Assembly: GCA_002269645.1 (NCBI GenBank)
Contig: NIVC01003381.1
Coordinates: forward strand, 36,454-100,453
Length of the DNA: 64,000 bases
Direction: 5' to 3'
Origin: Macrostomum lignano
Lineage: Eukaryota
A program made the position numbers and the translations under genes. Below, piece after piece: positions 13,700 to 27,798 of the stretch. How positions within the stretch are numbered: position 1 is the first letter of the stretch; every line of letters starts with the position of its first letter. A model generated the notes under the pieces. It searched no databases, was not told the origin of the DNA, and saw nothing but the letters and a program-made list of their open reading frames with translations.

Positions 13700-14015
13700 G
13701 CATTTGGGGTGCCTAAATGGACATTGGGGTGCCTAAATGGACATTGGGGTGCCGAAATGGACATTGGGGTGCCGAAATGAACATTGGGGTGCGGAAATGG
13801 ACATTGGGTGCCGAAATGGACATTGGGTGCCGAAATGGACATTGGGGTGCCGAAATGGACATTGGGGTGCGGAAATGGACATTGGGTGCCGAAATGGACA
13901 TTGGGTGCCGAAATGGACATTGGGGTGCCGAAATGGACATTGGGGTGCCGAAATGGACATTGGGGTGCCGAAATGGACATTGGGGTGCCGAAATGGACAT
14001 TGGGGTGCCGAAATC
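13700..14015. repeat. 20-bp minisatellite (ggacattggggtgccgaaat)n
   Basis: Direct reading. Some units are 19 bp. Confidence 0.94.
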
Positions 14016-14333
14016 GACATGAAAATTTTGGCTACTTTAAACCTTGAATTTGTTAGAACAATGGCCTCTGAGATCCACTCAAATAGACACCAAGTAGTGC
14101 CTAGAAAATTTCTTTTATGTAATTTCTTGGAATTGGAAAGCCAAGGGTTGCTATTTTTATCTCTGATGTTGGAAACTGGACTGCACCATTTAATAATAGA
14201 ATTGAGTACAAAAAGCTGCATAATATTCGTTATCCACTACAGTTAAAATATTGCAGCTGAGTTTACTGAGATGCATGAGATTACATGAGTTAATTGATGA
14301 GATTTCAAAGGTTCACGGGGGGGGGAATTGCCG

Positions 14334-14560
14334 TGACTGACTGACTGACTGACTGACTGACTGACTGACTGACTGACTGACTGACTGACTGACTGACTGA
14401 CTGACTGACTGACTGACTGACTGACTGACTGACTGACTGACTGACTGACTGACTGACTGACTGACTGACTGACTGACTGACTGACTGACTGACTGACTGA
14501 CTGACTGACTGACTGACTGACTGACTGACTGACTGACTGACTGACTGACTGACTGACTGA
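14334..14560. repeat. (GACT)n microsatellite
   Basis: Perfect tetranucleotide run. Confidence 0.98.
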
Positions 14561-14980
14561 CAGTGATGATAAGCTATGATATTTTAATGGAAGCTTCTTC
14601 CGGCGACACTACTAACAACAGGCATAGGACAATTTTCATTTTAAAAAATCTAAAACCATTCATTTCAATAACTATATGGTTTGAAAAACTTTCAGTAAAA
14701 ATGATTACTATATTAGCAAGATGCTACTGATTGCATCAAAGCGTTAGGCTTGTATTTCACAAATTTTCGCGTGCGATCTCAATTTACATGAAAACCAAAG
14801 AAAACAAAAGCAACAGGCAAAAGAGAGCAGAAAATCAGCGGAATTTGAAAGGCCAACAGACCAAAAGCGCACACAAGCCAACTACAGTCAATACTGGAGA
14901 AGCAGATGAGAGGTAAAATCGGACACCTAACAACTTGTGATGTCAGCTGGCAGCAGAAATGTGATGTAACTACTAGAGTG

Positions 14981-16429
<1,449 letters not shown>

Positions 16430-16924
16430 GTTTCTCAATCGACAATAAAATTTTCAATGGAAAAATTTCGCTTTCAAATTCTGCAAAGAGCGTTGGAAGG
16501 CAGATTATTTATTTTAACGCGGGTTTTAGCGCAGCCTCCGCCATCACCCAGGACTCCCATTGGCTGGCAGCCGGCCGACTGGATGGGGCCAGGGCGGAAG
16601 GCCTGTCCCTCTGTGCCTGTCGGCTCTGGTGTTGCTTTCCCAATGCTAATTAGAATAAATTGTTTCTCTCAACAACTTTGATTGCGCAATACGGGGTTCG
16701 TTATCAAGCGCCTCCATCTCTTAGCACAGAAGCTTTAACCTGCTATGCAGGTGTGTTCTCGTCTAATTAAATGTAGGTCGGCAGAACTGGTTTACTTTAT
16801 TAAGTCTTGGATTATTTTATGGCACCTTTTCTTATCTGAGTTTAAAGCTTAAAGATGCTGTTAATAAGGCTCTCTACAGGTCTGTTTAAATTGTCCAGTT
16901 TTATCGCTTCATTCAATCTCGCTA

Positions 16925-17190
16925 TCTTCATCTCTATTGGTATCTCTATCTCAATCTCCCTTGGTCTCACCTAGTCTCTCTCCCTCTGTCCCAGTCTCTC
17001 CCAGTATCTATCGATCTCTGTCAGTCTCCCTTCCTCTCTCTCGGTCTCTCTCGATCTCTGTCAGTCTCTCTCCTTTCCCCTCTCTCAGTCTCTATCGATC
17101 TCTGTCTCTCTCTCCCTCCCCCTCTCTACCTCTCTCTCAGTCTCTGTCGATCTCTGTCAGTCTCTCCCCCCCTCTCTACCTCTCTCTCAG

Positions 17191-17263
<73 letters not shown>

Positions 17264-17599
17264 CTCTGTCCCTCTCTCTCAAATCTCTGTCAGCCTCTCT
17301 TCATCTCTGTCAGCCTCTGTATATCTATCAGCCTAATAGATAGAGTCTCTCTACCTATCCTCCAGTCTCTCTTTTCCCTCTCTCCCGTCGATTCACATCA
17401 ATCTATTTTTTTTTCAATGACTAACCCCTTGACTCTATGTTTATAAGAGCCATTACCATCAGGCTCTCCGCATGACCCCAGATCCAGCCCATCTAAACCA
17501 ATGCAGTTCATTATAAATGCAGTAACCATGCCGTATGGCAAACCGAACGATTACTGCTATCAATTTGCATCAAATTGAATCAAGAATGCAGCGATGCAA

Positions 17600-17637
<38 letters not shown>

Positions 17638-17640
17638 CGC
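16925..17640. repeat. CT-rich low-complexity tract with a pure (CT)n core (~17190-17260) and a short (AG)n (~17601-17634)
   Basis: Direct reading. Confidence 0.88.
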
Positions 17641-18109
17641 CCAAACTTCACCAGTGTGTGTTTGTTAAACTATTATTGCGCAACAAGCGGAGAGAGAACT
17701 GATGCGCGCCACTTGATGGAGTTGACGTTTGACTGACAGTTCGCTAAGCCGGGGAGACTTAACGAAAGAGATAGCTGGCAAGAGGAAGAAATCGAGAGCG
17801 CTTGGAACAGAATGGGCTGGTAGGAACAAGTCTCGCACTGTTACCTCTTGACAACCACTGCCAACCACTGTGAGCAAGGGAGTGAATTTCTTTAAATTTT
17901 TGCAGTCTCGTAGCAATTAAATTAGTACAGCGTGACGGCGACCCACCGCCTGACCTTCTTTGTCCCCATGGCGACAAAGTGGCCCGTGGAAAAGTTAAAT
18001 ACTCCAGAGGGTTAGATGAACACTACATAGATTGTTCATAGACAGTCAAAGTACGGAAAATTAAAACACGGGTCATACATAATTGAAACACCATAGACAA
18101 TAACAGTCA

Positions 18110-18835
18110 ACACGTAAGCCGTAGACAATCAACAGATTAGCCTTAGACAATCAAACATAGGCCATAGACAATCCACAAATAAGCCATAGACAATTAAACT
18201 CGTTAGCCATCGGCAATTAAACATATAGGCCATAGACAATCAACTCGTTAGCCACCGACAATTAAACATATAGGCCATAGACAATCAACTCGTTAGCCAT
18301 CGACAATTAAACATATAGGCCATAGACAATCAACTCGTTAGCCATCGACAATTAAACATATAGGCCATAGACAATCAACTCGTTAGCCATCAGCAATTAA
18401 ACAGCAATTAAACATATAGGCCATAGACAATCAACTCGTTAGCCATCGACAATTAAACATATAGGCCATAGACAATCAACTCGTTAGCCATCAGCAATTA
18501 AACAGCAATTAAACATATAGGCCATAGACAATCAACTCGTTAGCCATCGACAATTAAACATATAGGCCATAGACAATTAAACTCGTTAGCCATCGGCAAT
18601 TAAACATATAGGCCATAGACAATCAACTCGTTAGCCGCCGACAATTAAACATATAGGCCATAGACAATCAACTCGTTAGCCATCAGCAATTAAACAGCAA
18701 TTAAACATATAGGCCATAGACAATCAACTCGTTAGCCATCGACAATTAAACATATAGGCCATAGACAATCAACTCGTTAGCCATCAGCAATTAAACATAT
18801 AGGCCATAGACAATCAACACATTAGCCATAGACAG
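18110..18835. repeat. 45-bp minisatellite (aattaaacatataggccatagacaatcaactcgttagccatcgac)n
   Basis: Tandem units. Some carry an 11-bp agcaattaaac duplication. Edges are degenerate. Confidence 0.94.
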
Positions 18836-20099
18836 TGTCAGTGAGGGTCATAGATAATTAAAACACGGGTCATAGAATAATCAAAATAAAAGATGCCAGA
18901 ATCCATGACTAATTAATTGTTAGCAGCCGCATATAGCTAACACAAGAATTCTATCTTTAATCCTCTCTCCATCAAAACAAGACCCAATATTCGGACCAAA
19001 GCAATTCTAGATTGACAAACTTGAAGCAGCCGCTTGCTTCTGAAAAATGCAGAATTATATAGGACTTCCATTTGCCAAAAAAGCACGGCAGATTCTCTGA
19101 CGCCATTTTGGTTTTATAAATTATTCTTGTCCCAGTTGTTGGACCAGCGGATGCTGTTGGATTGCGAATTAAAACATCATGCTGGGTAATCCGACGCCTC
19201 TTGCTAAACTGCTGAAATTCGTCTATGGAACTGGAGAAAGAGGAGAGAGAGAGAAAGAGCTCTCCCACGGGTTCAAGCAGTGAACACTGTTACAGATTGA
19301 CAGTAACCGAACGAAGGCCCAACCCACACCAGATCCACTGGAGTCTTATTCTACCCCCCAAGTAACTTTTTCCTGCAAACACACATCGAGTCAAATATGC
19401 TTTTCCGGTTCGCTAGGCAGATTTGGGACCACACAGGAAAATATTCCATATTTGGTTCGCTACACCAGATAGATCAGGGCGCAATGGCTACAGCAGAGAT
19501 GCCGCAGAAATGATGACTTTCACTTCCGAGCTGCCGCCGAAAGCAATCGCTCAAGCGGCAAGCATTCGACACTGTCCCTTCCTCCTTGTACGCGGCTTAT
19601 TTGAAAAGCCTTCAATCCCAGGAAATCCGCATCCTCAGCTTGAACGGGGAGAAGAGATAAGCGATCTCCCACTCACAATAGGCAGTGTAAAATTAAGTTT
19701 GAAGAATTGCCGGTCGCTCATCCTTCTTCTGCGCTCAGGACCGCCCGCTGGGCACAAAGACCTCATCTTATCTTCCTGGCCAAGCGCGTGATTTGCTGAA
19801 GTCCAACAAAAGGAGGGCATGCTATGCTAGCAGAGATTCGCCGACCTGATAAAAAAGCAAAATGAAGAGCTTAGAAAGGAGAGGCTCGGATAAATTCCGT
19901 TGAAAATTTACAACTTTCAATTTTCTTCTGGGCATCTCTGCTTGGAATCTGTGAAGTTTTTCTACCGCCAATGTTGGCACAATCTGTTGCAGAGGGGAAT
20001 AAACAAAATAAACACTCGATGTTGGGAATACAAAATTCTCGTTAACTATAATTTGTCTTGTTCGTTTGAGTGGCCATTGCATAAATTCATTTGCATTCA

Positions 20100-20985
20100 C
20101 ATGGCATGTTGATCTCAGACATGGCATGCAGATCTTGGACATGACATGCTGATCTCGGACATGACATGCTGATCTAAGATATTACATTCTGATCTCGGAC
20201 ATGACATGCTGATCTAAGACATGACATGCTGATCTCGGACATGGCATGATGATCTCGGACATGACATGCTGATCTAAGATACGACATGCTGATCTCGGAC
20301 ATGACATGCTGATCTAAGACATGACATGCTGATCTCGGACATGACATACTGATCTCGGACATGACATGCTGATCTCGGACATGACATGCTGATTTCGGAC
20401 ATGACATGCTGATATCGGACATGACATTCTGATCTCGGACGTGACATGCTGATCTCGGACATGGCATGCTGATTTCGGACATGACATACTGATCTCGGAC
20501 ATGACATACTGATCTAAGACATGGCATGCTGATCTCGGACATGACATGCTGATCTCGGACATGACATGCTGATTTCGGACATGACATACTGATCTCGGAC
20601 ATGACATACTGATCTAAGACATGGCATGCTGATCTTGGACATGACATGCTGATCTCGGACATGACATGCTGATCTAAGATATTACATTCTGATCTCGGAC
20701 ATGACATGCTGATCTAAGACATGACATGATGATCTCGGACATGAAATGCTGATCTCGGACATGGCATGCTGATTTCGGACATGACATACTGATCTCGGAC
20801 ATGACATACTGATCTAAGACATGGCATGCTGATCTCAAACATGGCATGCTGATCTCGGACATGGCATGCTGATTTCGGACATGACATACTGATCTAGGAC
20901 ATGACATGCTGATCTAAGACATGTCATGCTGATCTCGGACATGACATGCTGATCTAAGACATGGCATGCTGATCTCGGACATGAC
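20100..20985. repeat. 20-bp minisatellite (gacatgacatgctgatctcg)n
   Basis: Tandem units. Source of the MSEISMSCPRSACHV pseudo-ORFs. Confidence 0.96.
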
Positions 20986-21470
20986 AAATGACACTTCATC
21001 TAATCAGGACCCATTGAAGTCTTGTGCTCAGAAAAGTGTTTAACAACCTTGTCCTTGAGCTAGTTTGAACTCTCGGCCCTGTTTAGGCAGCAAGTAAAAA
21101 AAGTAAGAAAGAGAGGAGCGATTAGATTAAGAGCTTACCAAGTGCTTGTAATTATTGAACCGAAATTCCGTTTGAAAAGTAAAAACTTTGATTGAATCTG
21201 CCTTATTTAGTGAATAAACAACTGGCCTAGCAAAGTACATGTATGCATAAGATAAGTCCTGAAAACTTACTATTTTTTCATTTCTGCGCTCTTTCTTATG
21301 CTCTATCTAAAAAACTTTGAGCAGTTTGCCCCTATCTTCTGTGCAGACATTGAGCACACTACACGCTCGTACTTGCACGAAAATGCGGTATATAATAGTT
21401 TGTGTGAGCTAAACATGCATGCAAAAAACGCCATTCGCTTAGTAAAAATAAAGGACATGAAATTGCAGCA

Positions 21471-22799
21471 ATGACTTTGTCTGCTAATAGAGAAGCTGAT
21501 GAATCTGAACCACTTCTCAATGAGCAGCGGCTGAGTTGGCGGCCTCTGCTATTCCTGCTGGGCATTGTCACTCTTGAGCGCTGCACCTACTACAACTATA
21601 TGTCTATGGCCATCGGCGCTGGCCATAGACATATAGGCCAGCCGTACTGCGGAGCCCTGCTAGGCGAGAGCCCGACTGAACCATTCGGCGCGACTTTACT
21701 GAGCCGCGTGCTACCTCAGGGCCTGTCGTTCCTGCTCACCCTGGTTGGCGGCTACGTTGCCGACAATTTGATCGGGTGCGCGAGAACTCTGGCTGCTGGC
21801 TGCTTCATGTACACCCTGGCTGCTCTCATGCTGATCGGATTCGTGTTCTGTCCGGCCATGTGCCTGGCCGCTATGGTGACTGTTGGCAAGTTCGGCACCG
21901 CCTGCGGCTCCGGACTGATCCGGCCGTGTCTCCTGGTGCTCACCATTGAGTCTGGCAAACTGCTCGGCCTGTCGGTGCGGCGCGTCTGCCAGCTGCACTA
22001 CGCGTGCGAGGCGTTGAGTCAGTTGCTAGGCAACCTGCTGGCCTTCGGATCGGACAGGCTGGCCTTCCCGCTTGGCTTCGTCACCTTGCCAACCAGCGTC
22101 ATCATGCTGCTGCTGGCCCTGCTGACTGCCGAGCGGCCCGGCTGGGACCCCAGCCAGTTCCAGCTGCCCGGCCTGCCAAGGTTTAAACGCGTCGTCGTGA
22201 CAACGGCGCCCCTGATAGCCCTGTCCGCGAGCGTCCTGGCTGGCTATTTCTCGCTGAGCGTGTCGGATCTGAACGGCGACATCCGGAAAATGGGCACGAA
22301 CCAGTTCAGGTGGAGTCACAACCTGCTGCTGCTCTGCTACTCGGCTACTCTGCTTGCCGCGGTGGCCCTGCTCATGCTGGCCACGCGAGCGTCGGCTCTG
22401 GTGCGGCACCTGCCGGATGTCCGCATCGCCATTGGCGTCGCCGCCACCGCGCTGGGCCACCTGACGGCGCTGATCGTGTCCTCCAGCCAGCTGGCTGGCT
22501 CCTTCTGGTTGATCGCGGGCGGGCAGAATTTCTTGTACGCCATGGGCGAGGCGTCCGCCATCTCCACGGCTAATGAGGTGGCTTTCCGATCCGGATTCAC
22601 CGTATCCCGGGCCTTCATGGTCGGCCTGTTCATGGGCATATGGGGCTCCGGCTATCTGTTTAACGAGTTTCTTGTGCACATTGCGACAGCCGTGATAGCG
22701 CACTGGATTGCTAGCGGCGCGATGCTTCTAACTAATGCTTATTTATTCTTCTTTGCGGTGCCGGCAATGGACTGGCTGCTGAGGGATGAGAGATCATGA
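21471..22799 (+). CDS. Divergent proton-dependent oligopeptide transporter (POT/PTR2/SLC15-like, MFS), single exon, 442 aa
   Basis: About 11-12 hydrophobic segments. N-terminal VTLERCTYY resembles ExxERFxYY. GGYVADNLIG resembles the PTR2/MFS signature GGxxADxxxG. GC3-rich codons, uninterrupted ORF. Confidence 0.78.
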   Translation: MTLSANREADESEPLLNEQRLSWRPLLFLLGIVTLERCTYYNYMSMAIGAGHRHIGQPYCGALLGESPTEPFGATLLSRVLPQGLSFLLTLVGGYVADNLIGCARTLAAGCFMYTLAALMLIGFVFCPAMCLAAMVTVGKFGTACGSGLIRPCLLVLTIESGKLLGLSVRRVCQLHYACEALSQLLGNLLAFGSDRLAFPLGFVTLPTSVIMLLLALLTAERPGWDPSQFQLPGLPRFKRVVVTTAPLIALSASVLAGYFSLSVSDLNGDIRKMGTNQFRWSHNLLLLCYSATLLAAVALLMLATRASALVRHLPDVRIAIGVAATALGHLTALIVSSSQLAGSFWLIAGGQNFLYAMGEASAISTANEVAFRSGFTVSRAFMVGLFMGIWGSGYLFNEFLVHIATAVIAHWIASGAMLLTNAYLFFFAVPAMDWLLRDERS

Positions 22800-22804
22800 T
22801 TTAA

Positions 22805-23260
22805 TCGTGACATTGTGAATTATGTGAGTGTGAATAGTGACAGTGTGAATTATGTGAATGTGAATGGTGACAGTGTGAATTATGTGAGTGTGAATAGTGA
22901 CAGTGTGAATTATGTGAATGTGAATAGTGACAGTGTGAATCGCTAGACTGTGAATAGTGGCAGTGTGAATTGCTAGACTGTGAATAGTGGCAGTGTGAAT
23001 TGCTAGACTGTGAATAGTGACAGTGTGAATTGCCAGACTGTGAATAGTGACAGTGTGAATTGCTAGACTGTGAATAGTGACAGTGTGAATTGCCAGACTG
23101 TGAATAGTGACAGTGTGAATTGCTAGACTGTGAATAGTGACAGTGTGAATTGCTAGACTGTGAATAGTTACAGTGTGAATTGCCAGAATGTGAATTGTGA
23201 TAGTGAGAATCATTGTGAATGCGAAAAATTTCAATGTGAATTGCGAGTATGTGAATAGTG
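22805..23260. repeat. 30-bp minisatellite (gtgaatagtgacagtgtgaattgctagact)n starting a few nt after the transporter stop codon
   Basis: Tandem units with a 15+15 substructure. Confidence 0.94.
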
Positions 23261-23999
23261 AAAGTAAAAATCATGAGAATGTAAAAAGTGAAAGAGAAAA
23301 TCATGTGAATGTGAAAATCACAAGAATGTGTTACCTTAATTTTGTAAGGACGATTCAATGGCTTATTTTATATTATGAAATCTAGATTAGCTAAAATAAC
23401 ATTGTTACACTTAACGCACTACTCAGTAGAGCTTTTTCAAGTAGCCAAATTGCAATTTAAATTGCCAGTTGAAACATCCTAGTGCTATTACAGAATTGCG
23501 TTCTGTTATTTCCTTTGAATTTATTGCCAATCCCACAGAATCCTTAATTTCAGTCTGTGGGAGCTTGGAATTGTTGAATAAAACTCCCCATTTTTCTATT
23601 GCCCATGGAGACACAGAAAAAGTCAGAATTCTGCCCATATTTTTATTTCTGACTGGCTGGCCCCGTCTCTGCATCCCATCTTCAGTCGATTCTTCCCAGA
23701 GATTTTTCATGCGCACGGATTGGGATTAAACAGGCACACAGCAGGGAGTGGGGGGGCTTGGGGAATAGGAGACTTAGACTGGCCTGGGATGTAAATTATG
23801 CATCAGGCGCGGTACACTTTAGCGATTCCTTCTAAGCCGAAATGCCTCGCGGGCCAGATTGACGCGGCTCACCGTGATCTTGTCGCACGGCTTTTCTCTG
23901 CGATTTGGGCCCTGGAGCTGAAATGTGAAATGAGGAGAGTGCAGCTGGGACCGGACTCAACTAGGGTAACTGCATAAGTTGTTCATGAGTTTTGGGGAA

Positions 24000-24590
24000 A
24001 AATTCACACAGACTATGAAGTCCGCAGTGAGCTAGAGACAGATTCACACAGACTATGGAGTCCACAGTGAGCTAGAGAAAGATTCACACAGACTATGGAG
24101 TCCGCAGTGAGCTAGAGAAAGATTCACACAGACTATGGAGTCCGCAGTGAGCTAGAGAAAGATTCACACAGACTATGGAGTCCGCAGTGAGCTAGAGAAA
24201 GATTCACACAGACTATGGAGTCCGCAGTGAGCTAGAGAAAGATTCACACAGACTATGGAGTCCGCAGTGAGCTAGGGACAGATTCACACAGACTATGGAG
24301 TCCGCAGTGAATCAGGGACAGAGTCACACAGACTATGGAGTCCGCGGTGAATCAGGGACAGATTCACACAGACTATGGAGTCCGCAGTGAATCAGGGACA
24401 GAGTCACACAGACTATGGAGTCCGCAGTGAATCAGGGACAGATTCACACAGACTATGGAGTCCGCAGTGAATCAGGGACAGAGTCACACAGACTATGGAG
24501 TCCGCAGTGAATCAGGGACAGAGTCACACAGACTATGGAGTCCGCAGTGAATCAGGGACAGATTCACACAGACTATGGAGTCCGCAGTGA
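24000..24590. repeat. 40-bp minisatellite (gattcacacagactatggagtccgcagtgagctagagaaa)n with two variant domains
   Basis: Left units end gctagagaaa. Right units end atcagggaca. Confidence 0.96.
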
Positions 24591-25204
24591 GAGAGAGAGA
24601 GAGAGGTGAAGTATGGCCAAACGCTCATCAAACCGATTAAATCCAGCTTAAGCTACACTGAGGATAGCTAAAAATAGCAATCCATCTATCTGGAGTTCTG
24701 GTGCTTGATGCAGCTCTAGTCGGCCCCACTGTCCGAATTGAAGTGTCCGTCACGGATTACCGCAATCAATTGCTGCTGCTGAGCAGATGGGGACGCAGGG
24801 GAGTTGGGAGTCGGGGGATACAAAAATTAGATTTATCACTTAGTCAATCTGAATGGGATTAACCTTCCCTATTTGCTTGCAATCCCCGCCCGTGATTGGC
24901 CTGCGCTCAAGGACCGTTTCTTCTATCAATTCTGTGCTCTGTGCTCACAAAGTCTCTTCCTAACTGCAGTTAACGATAGTTTTACAACTGCAGTGCGGCT
25001 TGAGGCCTTCTGGTTGTTAATTAATAATTAGAGCTAATTAGGCAAGCTGAGATGCCTTAATTAATAATAGTGATTACCTAGGGAGCTGAGGGCCAGCCCG
25101 ACAGTCAATTTGCTCAAGAGCTTTTGTGCTCATAAACTGGGAAAAAATGAACTGTCCGCACTGACTGCGGTTGAATGCTAAAATTCAGCACTTTTACACA
25201 TTGC

Positions 25205-26150
25205 ATGCATTTGAGCAGTCATCACTATGAGCAATGCATTTGAGCAGTCATCACTATGAGCAATTCACTTGAGCAGTCATCACTATGAGCAATTCACTTG
25301 AGCAGTCATCACTATGAGCAATGCATTTGAGCAGTCATCACTATGAGCAATTCACTTGAACAGTCATCACTATGAGCAATTCACTTGAGCAGTCATCACT
25401 ATGAGCAATTCACTTGAGCAGTCATCACTATGAGCAATGCATTTGAGCAGTCATCACTATGAGCAATGCATTTGAGCAGTCATCAATATGAGCAATGCAT
25501 TTGAGCAGTCATCACTATGAGCGATTCACTTGAGCAGTCATCACTATGAGCAATGCATTTGAGCAGTCATCAATATGAGCAATGCATTTGAGCAGTCATC
25601 ACTATGAGCGATTCACTTGAGCAGTCATCACTATGAGCAATGCATTTGAGCAGTCATCACTATGAGCGATTCACTTGAGCAGTCATCACTATGAGCAATT
25701 CACTTAAGCAGTCATCACTATGAGCTATGTATGAACTTGAGCAGTCATCACTATGAGCTATGTATGAACTTGAGCAGTCATCACTATGAGCTATGTATGA
25801 ACTTGAGCAGTCATCACTATGAGCTATGTATGCATTTGAACAGACATCATTATGAGCTATGTATGAACTTGAGCAGTCATCACTATGAGCTATGTATGAA
25901 CTTGAGCAGTCATCACTATGAGCTATGTATGAACTTGAGCAGTCATCACTATGAGCTATGTATGCATTTGAACAGACATCATTATGAGCAGTGCATTTGA
26001 ACAGTCATCACTATGAGCTATGTATGCATTTCAACAGACATCATTATGAGCAGTGCATTTGAGAAGTCATCACTATGAGCTATGTATGCATTTGAACAGA
26101 CATCATTATGAGCAGTGCATTTGAACAGTCATCACTATGAGCAATGTACT
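25205..26150. repeat. Minisatellite switching from 29-bp (gagcagtcatcactatgagcaattcactt) to 33-bp (gagcagtcatcactatgagctatgtatgaactt) units
   Basis: Unit change near 25720 read directly. Confidence 0.94.
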
Positions 26151-26589
26151 TGAGAAGTCGTTAAAAATTGGAATTGATTTCATCGTTGAGTCTGAGCCGA
26201 TTTCATCGGGGTAGGAAAGTAAGTTGGAAAAGATTCCGCGGCAGATATTGTCCCGATTGAATTCGCAACGTTGCAAAGTTCCCCCATCCAGAGCTCCGGC
26301 ATTGCAATTTGGCAAACAAGAAATAGGAAAATAGCCGTCATTGATCCCAGATAATCCTTCTTATCGCCCAGCTGAGCCGCCGTGCTGAAAGACTTCGTGC
26401 GGCACAAAAAGTACATGACAGGTTTGGCTTGTTGGCGCTAAGCACTGCTGCTGACTAGCTAGATAAGTTGGCCGCGTCTGTTCAACTCAAATTCTTAAGA
26501 TGGTTAGGGTTACAGGGTTTCATTCGGTTTAGGGTCATTAATGGTTTCATAGGGTGTATGGTTAGGTAGGAAAGTCTAGTTTCTCTAGA

Positions 26590-27200
26590 GTCGTAGGGTT
26601 TATAGTTACGTTCATTAGGTTTATGGTTAGGGTCATTAAGTTTATGGTTAGGTTCATTAGGTTTATGGTTAGGTTCATTATGTTTATGGTTAGGGTCGTT
26701 AGGTTTATGGTTAGGGTCATTAGGTGTATGGTTAGGGTCATTAGGTTTATGGTTAGGGTCATTAGGTTTATGGTTAGGGTCATTAGGTGTATGGTTAGGG
26801 TCATTAGGTGTATGGTTAGGGTCATTAGGTTTATTGTTAGGGTCATTATGTGTATGGTTAGGGTCATTAGGTTTATGGTTAGGGTCATTATGTGTATGGT
26901 TAGGGTCATTAGGTGTATGGTTAGGGTCATTAGGTTTATGGTTAGGGTCATTAGGTTTATTGTTAGGGTCATTATGTGTATGGTTAGGGTCATTAGGTTT
27001 ATGGTTAGGGTCATTATGTGTATGGTTAGGGTCATTAGGTTTATGGTTAGAGTCATTAGGTGTATGGTTGGGTCATTTGATTTATGGTTAGGGTCATTAG
27101 GTATGGTTAGGATCATGAAGTTTATGGTTAGGGCAATAGAATATATGGTTATGAGCATAAGGTTTATGTTTTGGGTCATAAGGTTCATGGTTATGGTGAT
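26590..27200. repeat. 21-bp minisatellite (ggttagggtcattaggtttat)n containing TTAGGG
   Basis: Tandem units, each with one TTAGGG and one TTAGGT. Confidence 0.93.
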
Positions 27201-27798
27201 GGGGTTACTTACATGAGGCTAAGGTCAGCTAATACAGCTAGCAGCCTCAGCAGAGAAGGCCTGTTTCTAATTTTAGCTTCGCGAGTCAACTTTAGACTCA
27301 ACTAAATTATCTGCTAGAAGCACCGAGACGGCTTAAAGGTTCTGCACTTTTCCAGTAAACAGTATTTAGCCTGGCCGCTTCTCATGTATTACATGGTTAG
27401 TTGGTGCGTCTACTCTACGGACGTGACACAGGGCTCTGGCTAGCCTCGTGTCACTGACAGACCCGGGGCCAGGGGGGGGGGCGAGAGGGCAGGGCAGCCC
27501 AGGGAGGACCTGGGTGCCGGAATGACTTTTAAAAGTTGCGGCAGGGAGGGCAGCATAATTAATCGTGCCAATCAAGGCGACCCTTGGGGTAGATTTTCCC
27601 TACGCCTTATATCCCAAGTCGATTTGTTCAGCAGCCGATCCCGATCCCAGGAGTGGCAGCTGGTTCGTTTTTAGCGTTTCAAACTCTGTGCGCTTATTTC
27701 ATCTGTCTGCTTGCTGTTATTGCTGTCCCCACACCTTGGACTCTTAAAGACTTGGGTGAAGACCTAGAAAGCAAGTTTTAAACTGCTGAACTCGGCGT

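Noticed and set aside
18972-20142. ORFs 18972-19268, 19423-19791 and 19822-20142 as a gene
   Set aside because: Some acceptor-like sites are present, but there is no consistent exon chain, codon bias or recognisable domain.
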